Positions 26,591 through 41,478 of a stretch of DNA of 64,000 bases are shown here, one piece after another. Below the pieces are notes generated by a model. The model was not told the origin of the DNA. It saw nothing but the letters and a program-made list of their open reading frames with translations, and made no database searches. Made by a program: the position numbers and the translations under genes. This stretch comes from the human T2T-CHM13v2.0 reference genome, Homo sapiens: assembly GCF_009914755.1 (NCBI RefSeq), contig NC_060928.1; one strand, 5' to 3'. Every line of letters starts with the position of its first letter. The stretch's first letter is position 1.

Positions 26591-27118
26591 TGTGCAGAAA
26601 AAAGTTAGCAAAGCAGGTCTGAGTATACTACCCTTAAAAGGGCCTGCTTTCAAAGTTAGCCCTGTAAACTTAAATTTCAGGATTGTTCCCGTCATTTCCT
26701 AATTGGCAAACGTGGTGTTGTGGGCCTAAACTGCTTATGCAAAAAATATGGTTTAGGCAAATATTGCCTTCCTTCAGGGAGTCTGGAATTGTAGTACTTG
26801 CTAGATAGAGAGTACCTATGTGACCACCCCCAGGAAAGATCTTGGGCACTAAGTCTCTAGTGAGCTTCCCTGATAGACATTTTGCCTATTTGTCACAACT
26901 CATTGCTAGAGGAATTAAGCAGCTCCTGTGGGAATCCACTGGGAAAGGACTCTTTAAGCTTCTGCTGATTTCCTCCAGACTTAACCCATGCACTTTTTTT
27001 CTACTGAATTTGCACTGCATCCTTTCACTGTAATGAATCACAGCCATGAGTACAACTATATGCCCAGTCCTCCTAGCAAATTACCAAATCTGAGGGTAGT
27101 CTTGGGAACCACCAACAC
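26591..27118 (+). mobile_element. Solo ERVL LTR (MER68-like)
   Basis: TG...CA ends; tgtgcagaaaaaagttagcaaagcagg...tgagcttccctg...cttgggaaccaccaacaca. Confidence 0.75.
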
Positions 27119-27519
27119 AAGTAATTTACTTTTTTATGTGTAATAAACTATAATCTTTTAGATTATAAACTCCTTGGTGGCAGAACCTCATATTATCAAT
27201 CTTTGTATCCCTCACAGCCAGGACATTAAAATAGCTGGATTATTTATATTGCCTTTCCCAACTAGAATGCAAGCTCCATGAAAGCAGGGATTTCTGGTTT
27301 GGGGTTTTGTTTTCCCACAGCTATTATCCCTATTCCTAAAATACTGTATATATTAACGCTTCAAGGAATATCTTTACCATTGATTTAATATTCCTTTTGA
27401 TGACCCAATTTAACTTGGTCCTCATGATATTCTCTATATAGAAATATAAAATCAAACATAATGCCCCTTACAGAATGATTTTGTCTATGAACAAACACAA
27501 TTTAAATAAAAATACTTAC

Positions 27520-27687
27520 TCTCCTCTGATTTTACCACCCACCAATCAGATGGACGCCTGGAAATTCTTCGACTTTTCGTGACAGTTGAAGTCACTTCTT
27601 CAGGTACAAGTTTGTTCTTGGACTCACTGGAAAAGCGCTTCTTTTTAGATTCTTCCTTATCTTTTCTAGTGCTACTTTTCTTGCTTC
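27520..27687 (-). CDS. CENPC: CENP-C exon 9 (central CENP-A nucleosome-binding motif KSRRISRRPSDWWVV)
   Basis: attttag|GA AGC AAG...GAG GAG A|gtaagt; 168 nt, phase 1-1; by my count contains R522, W530 and W531. Confidence 0.98.
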
Positions 27688-28059
27688 CTAAAATAAAGAA
27701 AACCATAAAACCAATTCACAATCTACTAAAAGAGTTTTCAGAAAACCACAAGATTATAAAAAAACCGTCAATTACAGGAACTTCTTAAATTTATCCTGTG
27801 GCCTTTTCATCTCCATTTTTAAAAGTCACATGTTCTCTTTCTGTCAATTATATGTGCTGCTGAAGTAAGCACCAACTTCCTATTAAATGCAAATTTTCAC
27901 ACTGCTTGATAACTCTTATATACTCCTCAGCCAAAAAAATAAGTATCTTCTGAAACTGAAAAAAAAATACAGTTCCTTCCTATAACGTCCTAAGTAAAAG
28001 TAGGCAATTACTGCTTTCCTGTTTTGAAATAATGATTTTTTTCAACTTAAGAAGAGGAG

Positions 28060-28468
28060 ATTTAAAGTGTGATTAAATTATAAACTCTGAAATAGAGGCA
28101 TTATCTTGGATCATCCAGGTTGACCCAATCTAATTATGTTTCTTTTAAAAGCTGTGGTCAGAGAGATGAGATGATGGAAGAAGAGGCAAGATAAATTCAC
28201 AACATGAGAAGGCTGGTATTGCTAGTTTTGCAGATGGTGGAGGAGGACCATGAGTCAAGGAATATAGGTAGTTTCAAGAGGGTGGAAAAGGCAAAGAAAC
28301 AGACTTCCTCCCAGAGCCACTAGAAAGAAAGAAAACCCCACCAATACCTTGATTTTATCCCAGTGAGACATCTGACCCACAGAACTGGTAAGATAATCAA
28401 TGTTTGTTGTTTTAAGCCAATAAGTGTGTAGTAACTTGTCATATGACAGCAATAGAAAATTAATACAA
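28060..28468. mobile_element. MaLR LTR (MLT1C/D-like)
   Basis: ttatcttggatcatccagg...ccttgattttatcccagtgagac...gcaatagaaaattaataca. Confidence 0.8.
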
Positions 28469-29192
28469 CTGATATGGTAATTAATGAGCATTATATTCAC
28501 TAACCAATCTAGATACAGAATATACGTAAAAATTAGTGTGTAGAATATAGCAGGTACTCAGAAAATGTTTAATATTTACAATTATAGAGCGCATCTTTCA
28601 AGTATACTTCCTTCATATGTCTTTTCCTAAGAAATTATGGATAAATCAAAATTTTGTACCCTTCCTTTTAATCCTATGCATGTATGTATATTATCTATTG
28701 TTCTACAGAACCCACCAGAATGATCTTGTTAACAGTAGAAATAATGGGTTAGTAATTTTTGTGATTACAGTGCCTAATGCAGTGTATGGCATTCAACAAC
28801 TGTTAGACACATGAGTGAATGATGGAAGAGAATGGACTTTTATCTCTATAAAAAATAGTCCCACGGTACCCTGGGATTTTTTTTAACATTTTTATTTTCT
28901 AAATAATTTATCATTCTGTCTTATTCATCTTCCGATACTAACTTGTTTACTAGCCTTTTCTTTTCACTTTGCCCTCTATATATACTGCCATCTCACAAGA
29001 TAAACAAAAACTATATGAGTTAGAATTAAATTATATATAAAATAAAAAGGTTCTAGAAAAGAACCTATAGGCTTTTCAGGCTCTTTGTTCATTTAGGTTT
29101 ACTTTGCCTACTTGCCAAAGCTAAGTTAGGATATTAAAAAACATAAAATGGGTAGAATAATGCTCATGGTTATATTTAATATAAACACTTAC

Positions 29193-29806
29193 CCACAGGT
29201 GGCATCTGTTTTTTGGAAACACAATCATTTCCCATCTCTTCATGCTCTTCCATATTTCTGTCTGAATTTCTTTGAAATTCGTCTTGGGTAATATGTGATG
29301 TATGTATGTTTTCATCTTTAGACTGTCCCACATCAAGCTGTTCTTCAGCTGGTTTAGCCATGAATTTTCTTCTCTGTTTTTGTTTTATAGTCCTTTTGCT
29401 TCTAGATGGTTTTTCTGCATTCTTGGAATACATTTCATATTTTGTAGATCTATAATTATTTACTGTTTCACCTATCAAAGCATAACTTGTATCCAGTACT
29501 GTTTTATCAGAGGGCTGAGATGTCTCTACTGGGTGAGGTTTATGGGAATGTTTGTCATTTGCCAAAGTCTTAGGTAATATATTATGATGCTTTTCTCTTG
29601 ACTTTCTACCTTGAAAGAGTGCAGTGCTCTCAGCCGGGGATATTGTGCGTTGTTTCAGAGACCCTGCCTTTCTTGGTATTGTAATCCAAGATCTACTGGC
29701 AAAACTTTGATCCGACTCATCAATTATAAATTCATCCTCTATCAACTTCGTATCATCGGGAGGACACGAATGAGGTGGAGCAGTTGCCGCATGCCTAACA
29801 ATGGGA
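29193..29806 (-). CDS. CENPC: CENP-C exon 8 (PIVRHAATAPP...DEFIIDE...SWITIP...KKQMPPV; CENP-LN/HIKM binding motifs)
   Basis: tttcag|T CCC ATT...CCT GTG G|gtaagt; 614 nt, phase 2-1; overlaps ORF-track entry 29176..29745. Confidence 0.98.
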
Positions 29807-30283
29807 CTGAAACAGGGTGATACTTTTAACAGTTCAAAAAAATAAAGCTTTTATATTTGTTTAGTAAAGAAAATAATCTAGGAAATAAAATCTAAATTTC
29901 TTTTAAACTGTTTATATATCTCCTCAATTTTCCCTTAATCTTACAAATCTTTCCCTCCTTTCACATTTCTATGTCTGTTCACCCTTATTTATAATAGTAA
30001 TGACATCACAAAAATTTAGAGCTAGAAATCTAGACATCAACAAATTTGATCCCACCCACCCACCCATTATATATACTAAAACTGAAGCCCAGAGAGATAT
30101 AATTATAACTCAGATACATTGACTAACAGTCCAAAATGAATGCCACTATTATATATAATCTTATATTAAATTATATATTTGTATATATAACTTTTGGGGT
30201 CTGAATTTCTTCACATTCAAAATAAGTCAACAAGATTATTTCTGAGAACACTCCAAGTCTAATATTTGAATGGACTACTACTA

Positions 30284-30634
<351 letters not shown>

Positions 30635-32266
30635 CTATCTTTTTTTACATCCCACAGTTCTTCATACATAGCAACACCAAATACACAGACGGTTGAATGA
30701 ATGTAAAAATTACTAATATTACTATAGGACTGTAAATTGTAGACCTACAGAACTATAAAATAATAAATGTTGTTTTAAGCCGCTAAGTGTGTAGCAACTT
30801 ATGACAGCATGTGTGTAAAAATGCATTCCAAGTTCGGGTATTTCACATATATTTTCATATTATAATCATGGTATAGAAATAAATGGAGTGTATCTAGAAA
30901 GGTAGCATAAGCACAAAAGAAATCTAGTGCCACAGAAACAGGAAAAATAAAAGGCAAGTCTTATCACAAAGCATACAATGCTACAGAATGTTATTAAATA
31001 ATGAAGTCAAACAATGTTTCCCAACTCTAGACCTTTCTCCATAGTCCTAGCCCAAACTTTATGTATTTTACTAAAAGGCAGAAAGCCTATATCATGAATA
31101 TTATTGTTATTTCCCATGCCCAGTGTTGTAAAAGGCTAAAGAGTAAGACAGACAATTTCAACTACAATCTTATGGCTTATAATATAACATCAACATTAAT
31201 TCTTAAATTTTCATAAAAGCATGTACATGTTAAGAACATACAAAGAGATTCATGCATTTAATGAGGTGTTGAATAAATTAAGACTAGTGCATTGAGATTA
31301 CACAGTACCTCCTCCAATTAGTCAGGAAACTTTCCTAGAGAAGGGAGGAATTATTCCAAGGACAGTAATCTGATAGACTGACTAATTTTACATTTCCCTG
31401 ATTGTTTTAATAGCTTTAAGCACACCACATATTGCAGTGAGATACACAAAATAAAAAACAAGGTAAACATCCAAACTCCAAAGCTGGCATACGCACTCGT
31501 TTCCACTTTTTCACTAGGATAAGAAGGCTTAGTTAGCTATGTTTAGCCATAACAGAAACAAAGACAGAATGCAAAAATTAGATTATGTTTTTCTCTTTTA
31601 ATTAGAACATACACAAGGAATCAGAAATGAAAATGCCTTCTCTATTCCTCTAATCGCAAACTCCTGACAAATCTTATAATGTAAAATAGCAAATACTCTA
31701 AAAAATATACTCTCTAATGGTAGAGTTTCACAAACTTATATAATTAGAAAACTCTATAAAAACTAATAAAGAACAAAGTCAATACGAATACTACAATGAA
31801 TGGATGTTAAACAGAAATGATATCCTTAGGAAACAATCTTGACACTATGAAAGTTTACAATAGGGAAAGATGGCTTCTAATTAGCTACAAAAACTATGAA
31901 ACGCTTTGTAGCATTTAGGCTAGATCTTGGAGGATTTCTAAGATTTGGTCACAAGGAAATGCAAGAAAGACAATCAAAAGGAAGAGCATAAGTGGAAGCA
32001 ATGATGCTAGAAAGCACTGGGAATAATGAATAGTTATATTTGACTACAACAATTAAACATAAGATGAACTTTACTCACTAGAGTATCAAAAAGAACATTA
32101 AAAAATAATTTCTCAGACATTATATAATTAGCCCACAAGTATAACGCATTTGTTTCAGATGGTGGTGACAATATCCATATGAGGTTTAAAATATACACAT
32201 AAAAATAATTAATCAACTACAGGAAGCAGAGACTGAACAAAAGGGGAATTTCATTCATTCATTTAA

Positions 32267-32581
<315 letters not shown>

Positions 32582-32674
32582 TAAAAACTTCCTAGTATAT
32601 TCACTAGCACTCTGATACCTATGATAGTGACATAAGGGCAGCCTAACATAACGATTTCTAAATACTGCATTGTC

Positions 32675-32980
32675 GGCCGGGTGCGGTGGCTCATGCTTGT
32701 AATCCCAGCACTTTGGGAGGCCGAGGCAGATGGATCACCTGAGGTCAGGAGTTCGAGACCAGCCTGACCAACATGGGGATATCCCATCTCTACTAAAAAT
32801 ACAAATATTAGACAGGCGTGGTGGCAGGTGCCTGTGATCCCAGCTACTCGGGAGGCTGAGCAGGAGAATCTCTTGAACCCAGGAGGGAGAGGTTGCAATG
32901 AGCCGAGATTGCGTCACTGCACTCCAGCCTGGAAGACAGAGCGAGACCCTGTCTCAAAATAAATACATACATACATACAT
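32675..32980 (+). mobile_element. AluS
   Basis: Full dimer, (ATAC)n tail; TSD aaatactgcattg. Confidence 0.95.
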
Positions 32981-33274
32981 AAATACTGCATTGACTTCAG
33001 TCTTTGATATCACACAGACAAACCAGAAGGCAATGAAAACTGAATAAACTTGTTTTCTTTCAAGTCTAATTTAGTATCTATTAAAAAATGGCTTTGGGAG
33101 TGACTCACTGACTGGTAAAAAACCATCTCTCCTTACAGGTCAGAAAAAATTTCAATTAAAATTTTTGTTAATTAAATTACTTATTTCTAAGTTAAATAGC
33201 ATTAGGAATCCTTATATATGGTTCATAGAATATAAAAGAAAAATGTCTCAAAGGGCAGTTTCTTAATAACTCAC

Positions 33275-33487
33275 CTGGATTCACTTTTTCGTTTTACTGT
33301 TTCTAAAAACAATGTTGAAAAACTTTTTTTAGCTTGTCGTTGAATTTCATATTCTGAATCTCGTATTCTATTCTGAGATGATCCTGATGGTTTTCTTTCT
33401 TGTCCTTCTGATGTTTTATCCTCTTCATCTGATACTTTATTATCTATTTCTATTTTCTTTAACATAACTTTATCATCAAAGTTTAAC
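33275..33487 (-). CDS. CENPC: CENP-C exon 7 (LNFDDKVMLKKIEID...FSTLFLETVKRKSES; PEST region)
   Basis: ttttag|G TTA AAC...GAA TCC AG|gtgagt; 213 nt, phase 2-2; overlaps ORF-track entry 33271..33465. Confidence 0.97.
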
Positions 33488-34335
33488 CTAAAAGGTTAAA
33501 AGGAGGGTAAGCTGAATGCTCCCGTAACGTTTCTTGAGTTATAAGTCTTCCTGAACTCCTTTACAGAGACAATACAGACCAATTTAAAATTCTGTACTAG
33601 GCATTTATTTAAGACATAAATGTTGATTTGTGCATTCCAAATACATAAGATAAACTGCTCAGGAAAATTAACTTTTGTATTTATCAATAGAAAAACATGA
33701 AAGAGAAAATAATGGCTAAAGTATACATCAATGAAATGTATAGCTAGGCAATGGTTCTCAGGGCAATCTTAGAGCACTGTGACAGACCAAACTTTGAATA
33801 TCAAAGTCTTAGAATATACTTAACTCCTTGGCTCCAGTAATCATACAATACTCTAAATAGAAATTACACTCATTACAGAGATCTCCAAATGCAAAAGACC
33901 TTGAATCCACTTTGTTTCCTAAAGGCCAAAGGTAAGGTCAAGAAAGAGAAACCAGCTGTCCACAAAGCATAGCATCCTCAATAATACTTATGCTCTGCTA
34001 CCCTTGAAGTGACCTGATACACATCTACACTTGCAATTACAAAAAATATTGAGAAAATACAAATTGTTTCTCTTAGGAAGCAATCAAATATTATCAGAGA
34101 GAAAACACATTATTCCAGACTATAGAAAAGTTAACCTCTAAACTTCTCTGAAGTACACTTTAAGCCCTTCCTTAATTATTACAAACTGAATATATGCTAA
34201 ATGTATACTTTCTCATAACATGTTAATATTCCTCCTTCCTTAGTGTAAAATAATATAACAATATTGAATTACCATTTTTTAATACAAAAAGTAAAATTTT
34301 TAAAGTGCGTTAACATTATTTAAATAAAATGTTAC

Positions 34336-34621
34336 CTTTTTTTGGTTTTAACTGAAACCTCTGTACTTGAAGGCAGCATATTTACTGAATTTTCAAAAGT
34401 GTAAGTCTCTCTCTTTTGGGCACTAGATGGAATAACATTTTGTGATACAGATGTTTTTGCATCCAAAAGAACAGAAGGTGAGCCAACGGATAAGTAAAAT
34501 TCTTCATCAGCTTCACTGTGATGATCATTTATGTTTCTACTTGATATTTTTTTCGAGTCAGGTGTATTTTTGGAACTAACATCAGTTGCCAGAATTTTCT
34601 GATGAACTTCATGGGCCTGAA
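34336..34621 (-). CDS. CENPC: CENP-C exon 6 (QAHEVHQKILATD...EVSVKTKK)
   Basis: ttcttctag|TT CAG GCC...AAA AAA AG|gtaaca; 286 nt, phase 1-2. Confidence 0.96.
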
Positions 34622-35808
34622 CTAGAAGAAAATTATATAAAGATATTTGTCAATTAAAAGAATAATAAGAGAATCAAGCAGGCTTTTTAAAAATTCTGCA
34701 ATAATTTAATCAGAAATAGTTTTCAGAAAACTCAAAGTCATTAAGATTAGAATCAAAGATCTATGATTAAAATAAGTAAGTACTTAAGATTCTTCTATCT
34801 TTGGGCTAAAAATTGGTGACCTAGGGCAGCTAGATGATATATTTACACATACACACATGGAATATAGATATAACAGATATAGAGAGATACAACATAAGCA
34901 TGTGTGTATATATACATACACAGTATATATGTATATGAACATTTATCTATAATGAGAAAATTTAAAAGAATGTATCCATATTCTCTTAACCCTCACCCTT
35001 CAGAACGAGATGGCATTTCCCTGCTTCTCCCTCTAAATACAACTAACTTCCCTGGAAATTATCCATCAATCAACAACAGGACTCTGAAAGCTGGAAGAAA
35101 AAAAGGTAGACTAGCTAGGAAGCTCAAGACCAGAAACAGACAAGCCTTAGGTTTTCTGTCTGTCTCCCATATACCCCTGGACTGGTTGCTAGTATAACCT
35201 GTAACCACCAATAGGTGAAAGACAGGGTGGAGGCTGGGTGGAAATGCATTCTCTGAACAAGGTAAACCCACCGAAGACCTAATGAGGAAACTCAAGCCCC
35301 ATTCAGCACTCTCGGCCATGGAGCACTCCTTACTACCTGCATTGGCAAAGCAACAAAGCCCTGGGCTGTGCTATGGGACTGTAGCAGTAAAGGAGCTCAT
35401 ACCAAGCCAGTCCCGCTTCTACAATCATAGATGGCAGGCGGTATGACCCACATGAAGCTGTAGAGTAGTGAAACCCCTGACCCTCACAGCCCAAGGCAAC
35501 ATTTTGATCCACTGATAGTATTGACACCCCAGGCCATCCCAGTCCCTACTTTACAACCAGGGCACCAGCAGACAGTCTAATCTGAGGCAAGAACAGCGTA
35601 AGAGAGGCCAGCAACCCCCTGTCCTCCATCCAATGATATAAGGAAACCCAGGACCAGCAGCTTCTAACCAGAACCCCACACAAGTGAACATGGACATCAA
35701 AAGGCATCTTCTACCCACCCCAGACAGCACCAACAGGAACTGAGCTAGAATCCTAACAGCATCAGAAAATGAAGTAGAACAAAATACCACTATTACTCTG
35801 AACACTTA

Positions 35809-36183
<375 letters not shown>

Positions 36184-36569
36184 TTAAACCAAAATAGGGC
36201 AACTATGTGCTGTAACAAAAGATTTAAGTAGTCTAAGAATCCCCTAACATAAGTAACCAAATCTCAGGAATACAATCAAAACAACTCGTCATACCAAAAC
36301 CAAAACAAACCAAAAAAAAAAAAAAAGTAAGAAATAATGATCAATAGACATAAATGAGATGAATCAGATTTTAAAATTATTTAACAATAAATTTTAAAGC
36401 AAACATCATAAAATGCTTTAATAATCAATTACAAATCCTCTTGTAACAAACGAAAAAGAAACTCTCAAAGTAGCATTTTTTAAAAAAAAGTTTTTTGGAT
36501 ATTAGCCATTATCAGTAAGTAGTGATTTTTAAATATTATTTTAAATTTTCCTAATAACAGTGATGTAAA

Positions 36570-37230
36570 ACAAATCAAAACTACAATGAGATACTACATC
36601 ACACCCATTAGGATGACTATTATTTATAAAAACAAAAGATAACAACTGTTGATGTAGAAAAAAATGGAACCTTTGTGCATGCACTGCTAGTGTGAATGTA
36701 GAATGACAGTCACTATGAAAAGTGCACAGTGGATCCTTAAAAACTTAAAATTGAAAGCAGGAACTCAAAGAGATACTTTCACACTAATATTCATAGCAGC
36801 ATTACTCACAATAGCCAAAAAGCGAAAACAACCCAAGTGCCCATCAACAGATTAATAGATAAAAAGTGGTATACACATACAATGAAATATTACCCAGTCT
36901 TAGAATGAAATTCTGACACATACTACAACATGGATGAACCTTGAAGACATTATGCTTAGTGAAATAAGCCAGTCACAGATAAATTTTCTGTCTGAAATTC
37001 ATGGACAGAAAAAAGTAGAATGGTGGTTGCCAGGGCTAATGGAAAAAGAGATACTGTTTAATGGGTACAGTGTTTCAGTTGTGAAAAATGAAAGAAGTTC
37101 TATGGATTCATGGTGGTGATAGCCTCACAACAATGTGAATGTACTTAATGCTACTGAACTGTATACTCAGAAATAAAGTGGACAATTTTATGTTTATATT
37201 ATACAATATTTTAAAATACACTTCTTTAAA
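36570..37230 (+). mobile_element. L1MB-like 3' end
   Basis: caaatcaaaactacaatgagatac; ggatgaaccttgaagacattatgcttagtgaaataagccagtcaca. Confidence 0.85.
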
Positions 37231-37812
37231 AAAGAGCAAAGGAAGTGACGTGTGTATATAAACAAACTAAAACAAAAAGTCTTGTAAAGTTAAAAAATAT
37301 TAAAATACCTGACAACAGAAATAACTAACAGTAGTATTTAAGTTGGGAATTCGTTGTTTCAGTTACCATGTCTGCATAATATAACTTCTTAACTTGGCTG
37401 CATAAAACAACTATTTGTTATGTTCATGGATTCAGTAAGTCAGCAATTCAGCAGAGCACAGAAGGGACGGATTCTTCCATGAAGTCTGAGCCCTGGAATC
37501 ATCTGACAGCTTGTTTACACATATTTGACACCTGGTCTTGACTGCAGGCTGGGAGTCTTTTCTCTCCATAATGGCTACTTTGGGCTTCTTCACAGCATAT
37601 TGTCTGGGTTCCAAGGGCAACTGGAGAGAATAAGAAAGACAGGAAGAGAGAGAGAGAAGGAGAGAGAGATCCAGCATGCCAAGCAGAGCCATATAGCCTT
37701 TCATGACCTAATCATGGAAATCACATGTATTACATATGCCACATTCAATGTATATGTAGAAACAACCTCAATGAAGTGGATGGGGGGAAAGGTGATGACC
37801 TAAGAAAGATCA

Positions 37813-38121
<309 letters not shown>

Positions 38122-38137
38122 TTAAAAGGAATGAATC

Positions 38138-38433
38138 AGCTGGGCATGGTGGCTCACACTTATAATCCCAGCCCTTTGGAATGCTGAGGCAGGCGGATAA
38201 CTTGAGGTCAGGACTTTAAGACTGGCATGGCTAACATGATGAAGCCCCGTCTCTACTAAAAACACAAAAAATTAGATGAGCGTGGTGGCTGCTGCCTGTA
38301 ATCCCAGCTACTCAGGAGGCTGAGGCAGGAGAATTGCTTGAACCCTGGAGTCAGAAGTTGCAGTGAGCCGAGATCACGCCACTGCATTTCAGCCAGGGAG
38401 ACAGAGGGAGACTCTCTCTCAAAAAAACAAAAA
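38138..38433 (+). mobile_element. AluS, tandem with the preceding Alu
   Basis: Full dimer followed by aatgaatga. Confidence 0.94.
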
Positions 38434-39357
38434 ATGAATGACGTCTGTAAGACTGAAGGCAAAAGAAACTGTACATAAGCACTATTCTCTAGTTGATAAA
38501 ACTGTTTTCCACAGGATATGAGTCAACAATTCTGACACTCTTTTACATGTATACAGAAATGTAAAAGATAAGTAAATGGATGTTGAATGGTGAACGCCCA
38601 GTTTCTCATTCATGTAATGGGAGTTTACAGATAAGCAAGAGGAGGAGGCTAGAATAATCCACGTGGTAATGGATTAGAGTCAGAGACATCAATATGAACT
38701 TATGATTACTTCAACATAGATACAGATAGTTACATTTAAAGATATTTATAGGTATGTGTTGATACACAAGTTATTGTACACACACATACATTTACCCAGC
38801 TCTATCAGTTGAAAGGGTCTAGCAGCAACAACTCTACAGGAGTGACAGCACACCTAGCACTCAGATCTTGGTTTCTAATAACATTACCCAGTAAAAGAAA
38901 TCATGATTCCATGAAGAAATGGTTGATTCTGGGATGGGGCAGGAGAGCATCTTGTGGCTCTAAAAGGTATGAAAGTGCTCAGAAACAACAACAAAAATGG
39001 GCCATGTCAAAGGGACACTGGAACCAAAGTAAGAGCTTCTATTAGCCAAATCTGCAACAATCTGAATAACAAAATAAACAGTAATGAATTATAAAGTAGA
39101 AAATAAAATTTATCCATCAAGAAAAGAACAAAATAAACCCAATCAAGCAGAAGGATGGGAAAAAATAAAGAGCAGAAATCAATAAAACTGAAAATAGAAA
39201 AATACAGAAAACTATTGCAGGAAAAAAAACTACAAAATGATAAACCTCTATCTAACAAAATTGACAACTATAAGAAGACACCAACCATCAATATGTGGAA
39301 TAAAATAGGGGATGATGTCACAATAGATTTTGCAGCCACCAAAAATAGGGTAATGCT

Positions 39358-41461
39358 TCTGTTTGAAAACTGGCACGAGACAAGGATGCCCTCTCTCACC
39401 ACTCCTATTCAACACAGTATTGGAAGTTCTGGCCATGGCAATCAGGCAAGAGAAAGAAATAAAGTGTATTCAAACAGGAAGAGAGGAAGTCAAACTGTCT
39501 CTGTTTGCAGATGACGTGATTGTATACTTAGAAAACCCCATCGTTTCAGTCCCAAAACTCCTTAAGCTCATAAGTAACCTCAGCAAAGTCTCAGGATACA
39601 AAATTAATGGCAAAAATCACAAGCATTCCTATACACCAATAACAGACAAGCAGAGAGCCAAAACATGAATGAACTCCCATTCACAACTGCTACAGAGAAA
39701 ATAAAATACCTAGGAATACAACTTACAAGGGACGTGAGGGACCTCTTGAAGGAGAACTACTAACCACTGCTCAAGGAAATGAGAGAGGACACAAAGAGAA
39801 AAAAATTCCATGCTCATGGATATGAAGAATCAATACAGTGAAAATGGCCACACTGTGCAAAGTAATTTATAAATTCAATGCTACTCCCATCATGCTACTA
39901 TTGACTTTCTTCACAGAACTAGAAAAAACTACTTTAAATTTCATATAGAACCAAAGAGCCCATATAGCCAAGACAATCCTAAGCAAAAAGAACAAAGTGG
40001 AAGGCATCACACTACCTGGCTTCAAACTATACTATAAGGCTACAGTAACCAAAACAGCTTGGTACTGGTACCAAAACAGATATATAGACCAATGGAACAG
40101 AACAGAGGCCTCAGAAATAACACCACACATCTACAACCGTTTGCTCTTCGACAAACCTGACAAAAACAAGCAATGAGGAAAGGATTCTCTGTTTAACAAA
40201 TGGTGCTGGGAAAACTGGCTAGCCATATGCAGAAAACTGAAACTGGACCCCTTCCTTACACCTTATACAAAAATTAACTCAAGATGCATTAAAGACTTAA
40301 ATTTAAGACCTAACATCATAAAAACCCTAGAAGAAAACCTAGGCAATACCATTCAGGACATAAGCATGGGCAAAGACTTCATGATTAAAACACCAAAAGC
40401 AATTCCAACAAAAGCCAAAACTGACAAATGGGATCTAATTAAATGAAAGAGCTTCTGCTCAGCAAAAGAGTGAACAGGCAACCTACAGAATGGGAGAATA
40501 TTTTTACAACCTCTCCATCTGACAAAGGTCTAATATCCAGAATCTACAAGAAACTTAAACAAATTTACAAGAAAAACAAAAACAAACAATCCCATCAAAA
40601 AGTGGGCAAACGATATGAACAGACACTTCTCAGAAGAAGACATTTACACAGCCAACAAACATAATTAAAAAAAAGCTCATCATCACTGGTCATTAGAGGA
40701 ATGCAAATCAAAACCACAATGAGATACCATCTCACACCAGTTAGAATAGTGATCATTAAAAAGACAAGAAACAACAGATGCTGGCAAGGATGTGGAGAAA
40801 CAGGAAGACTTTTACACTGTTGGTAGGAGTGTAAATTAGTTCAACCATTGTGGAAGACAGTGTGGCAATGCCTCAAGGATCTAGAACCAGAAATACCATT
40901 CAACCCAGCAATCCCATCACTGGGTATGTACCCAAAGGATTATAAATCATTCTGCTATAAAGACACATGCACATCTGTGTTTACTGCAGCACTATTTACA
41001 ATAGCAAAGACTTGGAACCAACCCAAATGCCCATCAATGATAGACTGGATAAAGAAAATGTGACACATATACACCACAGAATACTAAGCAGCCATAAAAA
41101 AGAAATGAGTTCATGTCCTTTGCAGGGACATGGATGAAGCTGGAAACCATCAACCTCAACAAACTAAAACAGAAAACCAAACACTGCATGTTCTCACTCA
41201 TAAGTGGGAGTAGAACAATGAGAACATATGGACACAGGGAGGGAAACATCACACACCAGGGCCTGTGGTGGGGGGAGGGAGGAAAGGGAAGGGAGAGCAT
41301 TAGGACAAACACCTAACTCATGTGGGGCTTAAATCCAAGATGACGGGTTGATAGGTGCAGCAAACCACCATGGCACAGGTGTACCTATGTAACAAACCTG
41401 CATGTTCAGCACATGTATCCCAGAACTTAAAGTAAAAAAAATATTTAAAAAAACTCAAAAA
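39358..41461 (+). mobile_element. 5'-truncated primate L1PA (about 2.1 kb; ORF2 RT to 3' UTR), disrupted frame
   Basis: [16 protein letters not shown]...LFADD motif; 3' UTR and A tail; TSD aaaaatagggtaatgct (39341-39357) / aaaaatagggtagtgct (41462-41478). Confidence 0.93.
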
Positions 41462-41478
41462 AAAAATAGGGTAGTGCT

